Positions 18,320 through 28,604 of a stretch of 64,000 bases of DNA are shown one piece after another. Location: assembly GCA_017541375.1 (NCBI GenBank), contig JAFXZE010000006.1, forward strand, positions 166,125 through 230,124. Direction: 5' to 3'. This DNA is from Clostridia bacterium. GTDB taxonomy: Bacteria; Bacillota; Clostridia; Christensenellales; UBA1242. The notes beneath the pieces are model-generated. The model was not told where the DNA came from and did no database searches. It saw nothing but the letters and a program-made list of their open reading frames with translations. Made by a program: the position numbers and the translations under genes. Every line of letters begins with the position of its first letter. Position 1 is the stretch's first letter.

Positions 18320-19333
18320 ATGATGATAACTTACCGACAACAACGCAAAGATTGGAAGGCTGAGTGGAAAAAAGAAAAGCGAAAGAAAAATATGCAGGGT
18401 GACCAAATTATTCCTTTTAGAGATTGGATAAATGGTAAAATACCTGAACTAGCAAAAAATAATCCTGAGGGGTTCAAGGAATATTGCGAATCTTTTGAAC
18501 ATTATCAAAAAGTTAAGTGTGGTATTATCTTAGGAGCTGCTGCTGTAGTTGGTGTGATTTGCTTGGGGGCTGTTTTTGATATGGCGCTATACTATGGACT
18601 TACTAGCGTAGAGGTTAGCTCCGCGGCTGTGATGTTTGGTGGAATTGCTGCAGCAACAGGTGTAGGAGCTTGGTTTGCTAGAAGAAAATATAGCGCTTTA
18701 CAAAAGTTAAAAAGGCTATTTCGTCGGACTGACAAAGACAGAAAGAGGGAGCGAAATTATTCTTTTGACGAGAAATTAGCAAAAGAAGCGGAGATGGACT
18801 TAAAAAAATCTAGATTTAGAAAGTTAGCAAGGCTTCCTAAAGTTATGCTAGATTACTTTGAATCAGGCAAAGTTGAAGAAACTAATAAAATAGATAAAGA
18901 ACCTGCGAATATCGAGCAAGCACCCAAAGAAGAGAGCTTACCACCACAAAAAGAGACAAAAGAAATTGAGCGCAAAATAGAGGAAGAAAAGGTTGTAAAA
19001 CCAATTCGCAAGGAGTGGTATTCTGAAGAACTCGAAAAAGCGGACAAAATCAAAGTTTCCGTTTATGGCAACAAAAAGACTGACCGCCCAGATAAATGGG
19101 GACTACTTGGTGTGTTTGATGCGGATAATATAAAGGATGCTCTTGATGCGACCAATATCCAAAACACTTTAGGAGGCTGCCCTAAGAGTGTGGTTGAATC
19201 GATTAATCCAGAATTACTCATCGGTGCGCGTGTAAACGATGACGACAAAATGATTCGTTCTGACAGTAGCTACACATATGTGAATAAAGATGAAATATCA
19301 AAAGCAGAATCTAAAGAAATTCACGAACTATAA
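18320..19333 (+). CDS. hypothetical membrane protein with a Lys/Glu-rich linker
   Basis: ATG at 18320 or 18323 just after SD GGAGGG (the track uses TTG at 18311). Two central TM helices, a highly charged middle and a C-terminal globular part. Confidence 0.5.
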   Translation: MMITYRQQRKDWKAEWKKEKRKKNMQGDQIIPFRDWINGKIPELAKNNPEGFKEYCESFEHYQKVKCGIILGAAAVVGVICLGAVFDMALYYGLTSVEVSSAAVMFGGIAAATGVGAWFARRKYSALQKLKRLFRRTDKDRKRERNYSFDEKLAKEAEMDLKKSRFRKLARLPKVMLDYFESGKVEETNKIDKEPANIEQAPKEESLPPQKETKEIERKIEEEKVVKPIRKEWYSEELEKADKIKVSVYGNKKTDRPDKWGLLGVFDADNIKDALDATNIQNTLGGCPKSVVESINPELLIGARVNDDDKMIRSDSSYTYVNKDEISKAESKEIHEL

Positions 19334-19495
19334 ATAAAAAACACCCTAACATAATTTGGGTGTTTTCTTATATGTCAAATTTTTAGCAACACTGACTCAG
19401 TTAAGGAGACTGACTCTTTATTTGCATTGAGATATTATGAAAAATTCAAAAGCTCACCAAAAAAGTATTTATATAGATATTTTGGTGAATTTACC

Positions 19496-19524
19496 TTGAC
19501 TTTGTGAGCGTATTATTGTAAAAT
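19496..19524 (+). promoter_or_regulatory. sigma-A type promoter of lysK-serS
   Basis: TTGACT (19496-19501), 17-nt spacer, TAAAAT (19519-19524). Confidence 0.55.
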
Positions 19525-19556
19525 AAAATTATTAAGTAAATTGGAGAGAAAAGATT

Positions 19557-21113
19557 ATGTTTTGGGCGGATGAAATCGCAGAAGAAGTAATAAAGAGTTA
19601 TCCAGATTTGGATACATACACTTGCGCCAGTGGTATTAGCCCTAGTGGCGTCGTACACATGGGTAATTTGCGTGAGGTGGTGACAAGTTGGTTTGTGGTA
19701 AAGGCCTTACGAGACAAAGGTAAAAAAGTGAGGTTTATTTTTAGTTGGGACAGTTTCGATAGATTGCGTAAAATCCCAAAGGACGCTGACCAAAGTTTTG
19801 CCAAATATATTGGCATGCCTCTAGATTTAGCGCCTGCGCTCGATGGTAAGAGTAAAAGTTGGGCTCGTAGTTTTCAACAGCCTTTTATAGACTCATTGAA
19901 AGTGCTTGGTGTAGAAGTAGAGCACATTTTTCAGTCAGAGCAATATTTGTCCGGTAAATACGCGGATAAAATGATTTTGGCAATCAAGAAGCGTAAAGAA
20001 ATCTACGACATTATCACTAGTTTTAAGACTCAGGATGCTGACGAAGGAGAGCGTGAAAACTATTATCCGCTAAATATATACTGTGACAAATGTGGTAAGG
20101 ACAACACTACTATAACCGGTGACAAGGAAGGCGGTGCTGTGTTAAGTTATGAGTGTAAATGTGGCTATCACGGTACACTAGACCTGAGGAAACAGCACAA
20201 TGCAAAGTTAGTATGGAAAGTGGACTGGCCAATGAGATGGACTGTTGAAAATGTAAACTTTGAGCCAGGTGGAAAAGACCATAGTACAGAAGGTGGTAGT
20301 TACCAAGTAGCGAGCGTGATTGTGAAAAAGATTTTTGGTGGTCGTGCTCCAGTATACAGAGGTTATGAGTGGCTTGGTATAAAGGGTCTCAATGGAGATA
20401 TGCATAGTAGTAAAGGGGGTGCAGTGCCTCCATCCGTAATGCTCGAAGTTTATACTCCTGAGATAGTATTATGGTTATTTACGCGTAATCTCCCAGAAAA
20501 AGCTTTTGATATTGCACTTGATGACGAAGTTTTGCGTATGTATCACGAGTTTGACCGTATGTACGCTCAATATGAAAGTGGCGAGGCAGATGAATTGGTG
20601 CGTCGAATCATACAGATGGCTCTTTCATGTAATCCTAATTACAAAAAGTGTCCTGTAAGTGCGCAAAATATTGCAGCTTTTGCGCCAATAGTAAATTTTG
20701 ACCTTGATATGCTAGTACGAGTACTCAATAAGATTGGCGATAAGTGTACAAAAGAAGAAATTGAGGAAAGATTTAATAAAATTAGTTTTTGGTTGAAACA
20801 CTACTCACCTGATTCTATTTCGACGCTTCTTGAGGAGAAAAATACACAGTTTTATGAAACATTGCTTGCTGAAGAAAAGGGATGGATTTCTACACTTGTG
20901 GAAGAAATCAAGAAAAAAGACTATAGCCTTGATGAAATGCAGGCATTGTTATATGAAATACCAAAATTGAATGGTGAACAAAATAAAGTAAGACAAAAGA
21001 GATTTTTTGAGATAGTATATAACTTGCTATTGGGAAAGAATAAGGGGCCAAGATTATACCTATTCTTATTGGCAATAAACAAGGATGATTTACTCAAATT
21101 GTTGACTTTTTAG
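19557..21113 (+). CDS. lysK: lysine--tRNA ligase, class I
   Basis: N-terminus MFWADEIAEEV..ASGISPSGVVHMGNLREV..FSWDSFDRLRKIP matches archaeal/spirochaetal class I LysRS (HIGH-type HMGN). The KMSKS-like loop reads DMHSSKG. Confidence 0.85.
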   Translation: MFWADEIAEEVIKSYPDLDTYTCASGISPSGVVHMGNLREVVTSWFVVKALRDKGKKVRFIFSWDSFDRLRKIPKDADQSFAKYIGMPLDLAPALDGKSKSWARSFQQPFIDSLKVLGVEVEHIFQSEQYLSGKYADKMILAIKKRKEIYDIITSFKTQDADEGERENYYPLNIYCDKCGKDNTTITGDKEGGAVLSYECKCGYHGTLDLRKQHNAKLVWKVDWPMRWTVENVNFEPGGKDHSTEGGSYQVASVIVKKIFGGRAPVYRGYEWLGIKGLNGDMHSSKGGAVPPSVMLEVYTPEIVLWLFTRNLPEKAFDIALDDEVLRMYHEFDRMYAQYESGEADELVRRIIQMALSCNPNYKKCPVSAQNIAAFAPIVNFDLDMLVRVLNKIGDKCTKEEIEERFNKISFWLKHYSPDSISTLLEEKNTQFYETLLAEEKGWISTLVEEIKKKDYSLDEMQALLYEIPKLNGEQNKVRQKRFFEIVYNLLLGKNKGPRLYLFLLAINKDDLLKLLTF

Positions 21114-21121
21114 GAGGAATT

Positions 21122-22408
21122 ATGATAGATATAAACTTAATCAGAACAAACCCTGATTTGGTAAAAGAAAATATAAAGAAGAAATTTCAAGACAAGAAGT
21201 TGGTACTGGTTGATGAAGTAAAAAAGTTTGATGAGGAAGCTAAAGAACTAAAAAATAAAGCAGACAAACTTAGGTCTGATCGAAACACTCTCAGTGACGA
21301 GATTGGTGCTTTGATGAAGCAAAAGAAAACTGCTGAAGCCAATGCGATAAAAGAAAAAGTTGCCAAAATCAATGACAATATCAAAAAGTACGAAGACAAA
21401 TTAGATAAGTTGCAGATTGAGATTAAGAAACGAATGATGGTAATCCCAAACATTATGGATAGCACTGTACCAATCGGAAAAGATGACAGTGAGAATGTGG
21501 AAGTAAAGCGTTTTGGAGAGGCAAAAGTGCCTAATTTTGAGGTGCCATATAACGCTGACATTTTGGAGAGCTTTGGCGGATTAGACAAAGAGAGTGCTGG
21601 TCGAACTACAGGAAACGGGTTTTACTATTTGATGGGAGAGGCAGCAAGGCTTCATTCTGCGATGCTAGGATATGCCAGAGATTTTATGATAGATAAGGGC
21701 TTTACATACGTTATCCCACCATTTATGATACGTAAAGATGTAGTAGATGGGGTAATGAGTTTTGAAGAAATGGAAGCCATGATGTACAAAATTGAGGGAG
21801 AAGACCTCTATCTCATAGGTACAAGTGAACACTCTATGATAGGTAGATTTAAGGGACAAATTCTAAAAGAGAGTGAACTTCCTATTACTCTGACATCATA
21901 TTCTCCATGCTTTAGAAAAGAAGTGGGCGCTCATGGAATAGAGGAGCGTGGATTATATAGAGTGCATCAATTTGAAAAGCAAGAAATGATAGCAATTTGT
22001 AAACCTGAAGAATCTATGGAATGGTATAATAAGTTGTGCAAATATACCATAGAACTATTTAGAAGTTTGGATATTCCAGTAAGACAATTGGAATGTTGTA
22101 GTGGAGATTTGGCTGACCTCAAGGTAAAATCTTGTGATGTAGAGGCATGGAGTCCAAGACAACAAAAATTCTTTGAGGTAGGGTCATGCTCTACTCTTGG
22201 AGACGCTCAAGCAAGAAGATTGGGTATCAGAGTAAAGGGGGAAAAAGGTAATTATTTCCCACACACTCTAAATAATACTGTTTTGGCTACACCAAGGGCA
22301 TTGATTGCATTCCTTGAAAATAACATTAATGCTGATGGTTCAATTAACATTCCAAAAGTTTTACGTCCATATATGGGTGGAAAAACTAAAATCGAAGTCA
22401 AGAAGTAG
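21122..22408 (+). CDS. serS: serine--tRNA ligase
   Basis: N-terminal coiled-coil arm and class II core (GTSEHS, CFRKEVGAHG, VGSCS). Lies 8 nt after lysK. Confidence 0.95.
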   Translation: MIDINLIRTNPDLVKENIKKKFQDKKLVLVDEVKKFDEEAKELKNKADKLRSDRNTLSDEIGALMKQKKTAEANAIKEKVAKINDNIKKYEDKLDKLQIEIKKRMMVIPNIMDSTVPIGKDDSENVEVKRFGEAKVPNFEVPYNADILESFGGLDKESAGRTTGNGFYYLMGEAARLHSAMLGYARDFMIDKGFTYVIPPFMIRKDVVDGVMSFEEMEAMMYKIEGEDLYLIGTSEHSMIGRFKGQILKESELPITLTSYSPCFRKEVGAHGIEERGLYRVHQFEKQEMIAICKPEESMEWYNKLCKYTIELFRSLDIPVRQLECCSGDLADLKVKSCDVEAWSPRQQKFFEVGSCSTLGDAQARRLGIRVKGEKGNYFPHTLNNTVLATPRALIAFLENNINADGSINIPKVLRPYMGGKTKIEVKK

Positions 22409-22510
22409 AATTAAAAATAATTAAAAATTCTACTTTTTTATTAAAATCGTTAGGAAATTTTCACGAAATAGTGTAAACTACAATTAGTGATGCAAAAATA
22501 GGAGAAGGTA

Positions 22511-23479
22511 ATGATTAGTGATAGCAGTGAGTTTAAAAATTACGCACAAGTAGAAGTTAGCGAGTCTGATAAACAAGCTTTACAACAAATAGCTAAGGAT
22601 AACCAACTTATAAAGCAAAAAATTAAGAAGTATAAAAAATCTCATATAACTACTAATGCTCGTCCATTATATGCTTCACACAAATTGTATAGTTCGAGTG
22701 TGCCTCGTAAGTTATATCCTTTTGCTGTAGGTAAAGTGAATGCACTACGATTGGCTATAGCTCAACTTGGTGGTGATGCTGCCAAAATTTTGGTTGCAGG
22801 TATCAACACAAGGAAAATAGTCACTACTGTGGTCGCAGTGTTAGCAGTGCTGTTGATTTTAGGTTTTGGTGCAATACTAGCTGTAAATGGAATTAGTTCT
22901 CCCAATGGAGGAGGGAGTACTGGACCTGATATAATTGTAGATCCAAAAGGTGACATTAGTCTCAGTGTTTATAGAGGGGATAATTTACAATCAGATGGCA
23001 TTATAAAGGAAGATGATTACGAGATAGATAATATCAAATATACTAAAATTAATGAGCATATTTCAGTTACTAATACTTCAGAAGTGGATGTTTATGTATT
23101 GCTTTATACAGAAATTGTCTTAGTTGATAAAAATGTCGATTTAGACACTGGAGATTTGTATGTAGCACTTGATGAAGTAAGTACAAAGTTTACTTTTCAA
23201 CAGGGTATGCTATATACATCTTCTGCTCTTGGAGGTGGAAGTGTATTTAGAGCCTTTAATGGACTGGGATTGTGTTTGTATTGTGATGATGATGTAAACA
23301 ATAATGACTGGGCTAGAAAGACTGTAAATGTTATACTTCATTTTGAGGCATTTAATACTCTAGAAGAATTACAAGCCAAAAAGGCAAGCGTATCTTCTAG
23401 TATTTATAGTGTGAATGGGAAAGATAAAGATGGAGTAGAAATTACTAAAGAAAACCCAGCACTCAAAGAAAAATTATAA
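22511..23479 (+). CDS. hypothetical single-pass membrane protein with an extracellular beta-rich domain
   Basis: Central TM helix VTTVVAVLAVLLILGFGAILAV and SD AGGAGAAGG. The ectodomain pattern (HISVTNTSEVDVYVLLY) is faintly TasA/camelysin-like. Confidence 0.5.
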   Translation: MISDSSEFKNYAQVEVSESDKQALQQIAKDNQLIKQKIKKYKKSHITTNARPLYASHKLYSSSVPRKLYPFAVGKVNALRLAIAQLGGDAAKILVAGINTRKIVTTVVAVLAVLLILGFGAILAVNGISSPNGGGSTGPDIIVDPKGDISLSVYRGDNLQSDGIIKEDDYEIDNIKYTKINEHISVTNTSEVDVYVLLYTEIVLVDKNVDLDTGDLYVALDEVSTKFTFQQGMLYTSSALGGGSVFRAFNGLGLCLYCDDDVNNNDWARKTVNVILHFEAFNTLEELQAKKASVSSSIYSVNGKDKDGVEITKENPALKEKL

Positions 23480-23496
23480 AAATAAGAAGAGGGAGT

Positions 23497-25701
23497 ATGA
23501 ACAAACTAGGATTATCACTTATTTTGAGTTGTGTATTGGCTTTTTCCCTAGTGATAACGGGGTGCGGATGTAGTGTGGCTCAGCCTATAATCAAAATTCA
23601 AAATGGCTGCTTTATATCTTGGGAACCTGTTGAAAGGGCTAGTGGTTATGAAGTGGCGGTAGATGACTATAAGCATGAAACGACATCACAAACATCATTT
23701 AACCTAATAAAGTACTTGCAAAAAGGTAGTGTAAGTGATGTAAGAGTTCGAGCTTTGGGAAGTGGATTGTTTCATTCCAATTCAGAATATAGTGAACCAG
23801 TCAGTTTGACCATTGCTAGTACTAGAATGCCTTCACCTGAAAATCTGCAAGTAACATCAAAAAATAAAACATACACGCTTACTTGGGATAGCGTACTAGC
23901 CGATACTGACTCTAAAATTAGTTATTGTATAAGGTTTGTAGGTGCTGATGAACAAGAACAATATTTTCAAACAGAAAGCTCAAAATTCGAAATAAACGGT
24001 AAGCTTTCTGGTTCGGGTGAATTTCGAGTAGCTGTGTTTGCTTATGTACCTGAGGTGACTGAACTTGCACCATCAGAGTTTTCTGAGGAGATAACTTTTG
24101 AATATTTGTCGTTGATAGCAGTTCCTCAAGCGGTTGAATTGGGCGCAAACAACACTCTATCATGGGCGGCGACATCTAGTGTGAATGGATATAATGTGAG
24201 TTTTATCGGAGGAGACACCACATTCGTTAATACTACTTCGGTCAATCTTGATGAGTTGAGCGATAATGATTCTAAACTGAGTGAAAAATGTGTTGTATTT
24301 GCTGGTGTGCAAGCAGTAAATAAATCTGATATTCAATATAGTTCGCCGTATTCAAATTTTGTTTCACTCTACAAAAGTTCGAATAGCAATGACTTGAGTA
24401 ATTGTAAGTATACATATTGCGGAGATGAATTTGATTTTTATGTAAATAATTTTCAAGAATTGGAAAGAGTAGTTCATTTTACTTTGTTTTATAGAATTTC
24501 GCCTATGGCGTTTTGTGTGGATCCTAATTATACTTCAGATCCAAATGATATTATTTCACCAAATTCTGATAGAACTTGTGCTGTTGCAAAAGCAATCTCA
24601 TCATATGCTGAAATCATGAATATAATGTACAACTATTCTTATTCACTAAATACTAAGCTTTATACTATAAATATTGAGTATAATCATCCTGAATATGCTA
24701 GAAAGATTTCCACTTCAGATGGTGCATATACACAAAATGAAGTGGTGTATCCTCATCACTACTCCCATTTAACTGAAATAGATGAAGGATATAGGGGGGG
24801 GACTTTTGATAGTTTTAAGATAAATGAACGGACTAAAACAGCAGAGGTTTACTCAGCTGATCAACTTTATTATGTGCTGGATAAAGGTTGTAAGCCAATT
24901 TTCCCAGTATCTAGTACAAATGAAGTAAGTCCGGCATTGCTTGCATATGATACAGCAAAGGGTATTTTGCGTGAAATTATTGATGAAACAATGACCGATT
25001 ATCAAAAAGTTTTGGCCATATATGAGTGGATTTGTTATAATGTAAAATATGATATCAAATTGTATGATATGGCTCAGGGGGATACTTCAGATATAAATAT
25101 CTATAATTATAGAGGTTTTTACATCGAAGGCGTGCTGTTTGATAATGGAAAAGCTGTATGTGATGGAATATCAAAGACATTTTCACTAATGTGTGGAATA
25201 GAAAATATTCCATGCTATAAGGTGATTGGATTAGCTGGAGCGACAAGTGTTGGAGAGCATGCATGGAATAAAGTGGCTCTGGATTTAGTGGGTGATGACG
25301 GAGTCAGAGAGTGGTACACAATAGATGCAACATGGGCAGACTATAAACAAAATGGTGATATCGAAGAAAACTTGACACATAGATATTTTTTAAAGACAGA
25401 TGAACAAATGCAAAAACACGAGGAAAGAAATGTTTTGCATGTTTCCGAAACAGTGTTTGATTATTACGCAAACACTACATATGACGGAGAACATTCATTG
25501 CTAATTACAAGTGAATCTGAGATGTTTACTTTGAGAAATTATTGCTATGAATATAAGCCTGACTATATAGAAATAAAGTATGCTCATCCGAGTAATTTGG
25601 CTAGCCCATCGATCAGTGGATATACAAGATATAATGTTTCTACTAGTGAAGTTAAAAATGGGGATAGAGATGAAGTTATTTACTTATTTATAAAAAAATA
25701 A
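23497..25701 (+). CDS. lipoprotein with Fn3-like repeats and a transglutaminase-like cysteine protease core
   Basis: Lipobox LVITGC. Repeated W(E/D)..(A/V)..GY.V modules. Cys-His-Asp core as CDGISKTFSLMCGIENIPCYKV..GEHAWNKV..IDATW. Confidence 0.7.
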   Translation: MNKLGLSLILSCVLAFSLVITGCGCSVAQPIIKIQNGCFISWEPVERASGYEVAVDDYKHETTSQTSFNLIKYLQKGSVSDVRVRALGSGLFHSNSEYSEPVSLTIASTRMPSPENLQVTSKNKTYTLTWDSVLADTDSKISYCIRFVGADEQEQYFQTESSKFEINGKLSGSGEFRVAVFAYVPEVTELAPSEFSEEITFEYLSLIAVPQAVELGANNTLSWAATSSVNGYNVSFIGGDTTFVNTTSVNLDELSDNDSKLSEKCVVFAGVQAVNKSDIQYSSPYSNFVSLYKSSNSNDLSNCKYTYCGDEFDFYVNNFQELERVVHFTLFYRISPMAFCVDPNYTSDPNDIISPNSDRTCAVAKAISSYAEIMNIMYNYSYSLNTKLYTINIEYNHPEYARKISTSDGAYTQNEVVYPHHYSHLTEIDEGYRGGTFDSFKINERTKTAEVYSADQLYYVLDKGCKPIFPVSSTNEVSPALLAYDTAKGILREIIDETMTDYQKVLAIYEWICYNVKYDIKLYDMAQGDTSDINIYNYRGFYIEGVLFDNGKAVCDGISKTFSLMCGIENIPCYKVIGLAGATSVGEHAWNKVALDLVGDDGVREWYTIDATWADYKQNGDIEENLTHRYFLKTDEQMQKHEERNVLHVSETVFDYYANTTYDGEHSLLITSESEMFTLRNYCYEYKPDYIEIKYAHPSNLASPSISGYTRYNVSTSEVKNGDRDEVIYLFIKK

Positions 25702-25771
25702 AAGCCAATTTGGCTTTTTTGTTTGCTATTATTGTAATCGATATTATATTATGTTATAATAGGGGAGCAAA

Positions 25772-26521
25772 ATGTACATAGATACACATGCACATCTTTT
25801 TGAAGAAAAAATTAAAAACACCTTTATGGATTTGTCATCAATAAACAAGGTATTAGTGCCAACATATAAACTAGATCATTTTGACAGGGCATTGGATTTT
25901 TGTTTAACGAATAAAAAATTTTACTTAGCTGTGGGAGTTCATCCTGAGTTTATTGACTCATTTGATTTGAGCTTATTTAGAGATTTTATAAAGAGTCATA
26001 CTAAAGATATTTATGCGATAGGTGAAATTGGGTTAGATTCTTCTTATCCGCGGTTTGATGAGCAATGTCGAGTTTTTGTTGAGCAATTGCGCGTAGCACA
26101 AGAATATTCGCTTCCTGTAAGCGTGCATTTGCGTGGCGAGGTATTTGATAAGTTTTTTGAAATAATGGATGGTTTTTCTCAGATAAAATGCGCCCTTCAT
26201 TGTTTTTGTGGTGGAGATAAAGAATTACAAGAAGCTACCCAACGGGGGTATTACATTTCTTTTGCAACAAATATCACATATAAGGGGAATCGCATTTTGA
26301 GGAGACTTGCTTCACAAGTCCCTTCACAATTGTTACTTATAGAGACTGATTCCCCCAATATTGCACCAAGTGGATTTGGTAGAGGAACTGTGAATACGAG
26401 TGAAAATATTCACTTTGTGGCTGAAGTTTTGGCAAAGGAGTTGGGTAAGTCCTTAGAAGAAATTGCTGCTATTACATCTGAAAATGCAATTAAACTATTT
26501 GGTTTTATGGAGAAAAAATGA
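25772..26521 (+). CDS. TatD-family metal-dependent hydrolase/DNase
   Basis: IDTHAHL, GEIGLD, SVHLR and ETDSP motifs. Confidence 0.85.
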   Translation: MYIDTHAHLFEEKIKNTFMDLSSINKVLVPTYKLDHFDRALDFCLTNKKFYLAVGVHPEFIDSFDLSLFRDFIKSHTKDIYAIGEIGLDSSYPRFDEQCRVFVEQLRVAQEYSLPVSVHLRGEVFDKFFEIMDGFSQIKCALHCFCGGDKELQEATQRGYYISFATNITYKGNRILRRLASQVPSQLLLIETDSPNIAPSGFGRGTVNTSENIHFVAEVLAKELGKSLEEIAAITSENAIKLFGFMEKK

Positions 26522-27183
26522 TATTTGATAGATTTGAGAGTCTTATTGGTGAGCAAAATTTAAAAAAACTAGCTCAAAGTAGTATTTTAGTGTTTGGTTT
26601 AGGTGGTGTAGGAGGGCATGTTGTCGAAACACTAGTGAGATCGGGTGTTGGTCATATTACTATCATAGATAGTGATATTTTTGAAGAAACCAATATAAAT
26701 AGGCAAATTGGAGCATCAATTTCGACACTTGGCAAAGATAAAGTAGATGTTATTGCAAATCGTTGTCGTGATATTAATCCATCTGTTGAGGTTACTCCTA
26801 TAAAAATGAAATTTGATAGCAATTCAATACTAGATTTTCATAAATTCGATTATATTATCGATGCTGTTGATGATGTGGATGCCAAGGTGGAAATAATCAA
26901 GCGAGCTCAAAAAGCTAACAAAAAGATTATTAGCTGTATGGGAACAGCTAAAAAATTTGACCCACTGATGCTAAAAGTATCAATATTGAGTAAGACTAGT
27001 GTTTGTCCATTAGCTAGCGTGATGCGAAAAAAAATAAGAGATGGTGAAATCAAAGATTGTATGTGTGTTTTTTCTACTGAAACACCGTGTAAAAGTGCTA
27101 ATTTAGGAAGTACGGCTTTTGTACCTAGCGTGGCTGGAATTTTGATAGGAAAAACAGTCGTATTAGATTTGATAAAGGAATGA
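26518..27183 (+). CDS. tcdA: tRNA threonylcarbamoyladenosine dehydratase (ThiF/E1-like)
   Basis: Rossmann motif GLGGVGGHVVETLVRSGVGHITIIDSD..ETNINRQ. ATGA overlap with the upstream gene. Confidence 0.7.
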   Translation: MIFDRFESLIGEQNLKKLAQSSILVFGLGGVGGHVVETLVRSGVGHITIIDSDIFEETNINRQIGASISTLGKDKVDVIANRCRDINPSVEVTPIKMKFDSNSILDFHKFDYIIDAVDDVDAKVEIIKRAQKANKKIISCMGTAKKFDPLMLKVSILSKTSVCPLASVMRKKIRDGEIKDCMCVFSTETPCKSANLGSTAFVPSVAGILIGKTVVLDLIKE

Positions 27184-28226
27184 TTATGGAAATATTACAA
27201 GATTTTAGTTTTGATGAAATAAAGATTTTGGTGGAGGAATTGGGAGAAAAGTCCTTTAGAGCCAAACAAATTATGGATAATGTGAATTTAGGAAAGGCAA
27301 TTTCTACATATTCTAATATTAGCAACGAACTGAAAGAAAAACTGCTTGCTCGATTTGTTGATTTTCCGCTCAAAGTTCACACAGAACAACAGAGCAAGGA
27401 CGGCACTCGCAAGTTTGCTTATGAGCTGAGTGATGGCAACATAATAGAAGGTGTATTGATGTCGTATAAGTATGGCCATACTTTATGTGTATCTACCCAA
27501 GTTGGGTGCAGAATGGGATGTAAATTTTGTGCTTCAACTCTAAATGGATTAGTGCGAAATCTAACTGCGGGAGAAATTCTTAGCCAAGTATTGCTGGTTA
27601 ATGCTATGTTAGGTGGAAAATCGGGTAAAAATCGCAAAGTAACTAATGTAGTATTGATGGGGAGTGGTGAGCCGCTCGATAATTATGATAACGTCATTAA
27701 ATTTATTAGACTTGTATCTAGTCCAGATGGATTAAATATATCTCCACGTAACATATCAGTTTCGACTTGTGGACTAGTTCCCAATATCCTAAAGTTAGCC
27801 AAAGAAGGTTTGCAAGTAATCTTGACTATATCATTACACGCTCCTTTTGATGAGTTGCGTAAGACCATTATGCCTATTGCTAATAAATACTCCATTAGGG
27901 AAATTATAAATGCTGCAAAGGCTTATTTTGAGAGTACTGGCAGGAGAGTATTGTTTGAGTATACACTCATTGATGGGGTAAACAATACGTTTGATTGTGC
28001 TAAGCAATTAGCTTTGATGCTAAAAGGATTTCCGTGTCATGTCAACTTGATTCCACTCAATGCGGTAAAAGAGCGAGATCTAAAGAGTGTGACACGCCAA
28101 AATGCGGAGAGGTTTTTAACTTGGCTTGAGCATATGGGTGTGTCTGCGACTATTAGGCGTACAATGGCAGATGATATCGATGGGGCTTGTGGGCAATTGA
28201 GGAATAAAATAGAATCACAAAATTAG
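27180..28226 (+). CDS. rlmN: 23S rRNA/tRNA (adenine-C2)-methyltransferase RlmN
   Basis: Radical SAM motif CRMGCKFCAS, GSGEPLDN, and C-terminal GACGQL. Confidence 0.9.
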   Translation: MIMEILQDFSFDEIKILVEELGEKSFRAKQIMDNVNLGKAISTYSNISNELKEKLLARFVDFPLKVHTEQQSKDGTRKFAYELSDGNIIEGVLMSYKYGHTLCVSTQVGCRMGCKFCASTLNGLVRNLTAGEILSQVLLVNAMLGGKSGKNRKVTNVVLMGSGEPLDNYDNVIKFIRLVSSPDGLNISPRNISVSTCGLVPNILKLAKEGLQVILTISLHAPFDELRKTIMPIANKYSIREIINAAKAYFESTGRRVLFEYTLIDGVNNTFDCAKQLALMLKGFPCHVNLIPLNAVKERDLKSVTRQNAERFLTWLEHMGVSATIRRTMADDIDGACGQLRNKIESQN

Positions 28227-28234
28227 GAGGAAGA

Positions 28235-28573
28235 GTGCGTTATAAGACTATCAATCTAAAGGAAGATTTGCCTACTGTGGCACTTGCGCTTGCTACTCTA
28301 GAGATAGAGATTGGGGTGGCAAAATTAGAGGGAATTGAGGCTTTAAAAATTATACATGGATATGGCTCTCATGGAGTGGGGGGAGAAATAAAAAAAGCTC
28401 TTAGAATATGGCTAATTAATTCTAAGAGAAAACATATCATTCGCGATTATGTAAAAGGGGAACAGTGGCTAGGTAGTGCTACTGCCGAAAAGATAAAAAA
28501 AGCTTGCCCCGAGGTGCTGGGGGATAGTGAATTGTTTTACGCTAATCCTGGGGTAACAATTTTGTTATTATAA
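28235..28573 (+). CDS. Smr-domain protein
   Basis: GTG start 4 nt after AGGAGG. Contains LKIIHGYGSHG..LRIWL, typical of the Smr/MutS2 C-terminal domain. Confidence 0.6.
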   Translation: MRYKTINLKEDLPTVALALATLEIEIGVAKLEGIEALKIIHGYGSHGVGGEIKKALRIWLINSKRKHIIRDYVKGEQWLGSATAEKIKKACPEVLGDSELFYANPGVTILLL

Positions 28574-28574
28574 A

Positions 28575-28599
28575 AAGACAAGGTAATCTACCTTGTCTT
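28575..28599. terminator. bidirectional hairpin between the convergent smr-like gene and mscL
   Basis: 9-bp stem AAGACAAGG/CCTTGTCTT flanked by A-run and T-run. Confidence 0.55.
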
Positions 28600-28604
28600 T
28601 TGGT

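Noticed and set aside
19400-19425. Direct repeat ACTGACTC x2 and a small hairpin in the lysK upstream region, considered as a T-box or attenuator
   Set aside because: There is no T-box motif, no specifier-loop architecture and no terminator/antiterminator pair. It lies upstream of the predicted promoter.
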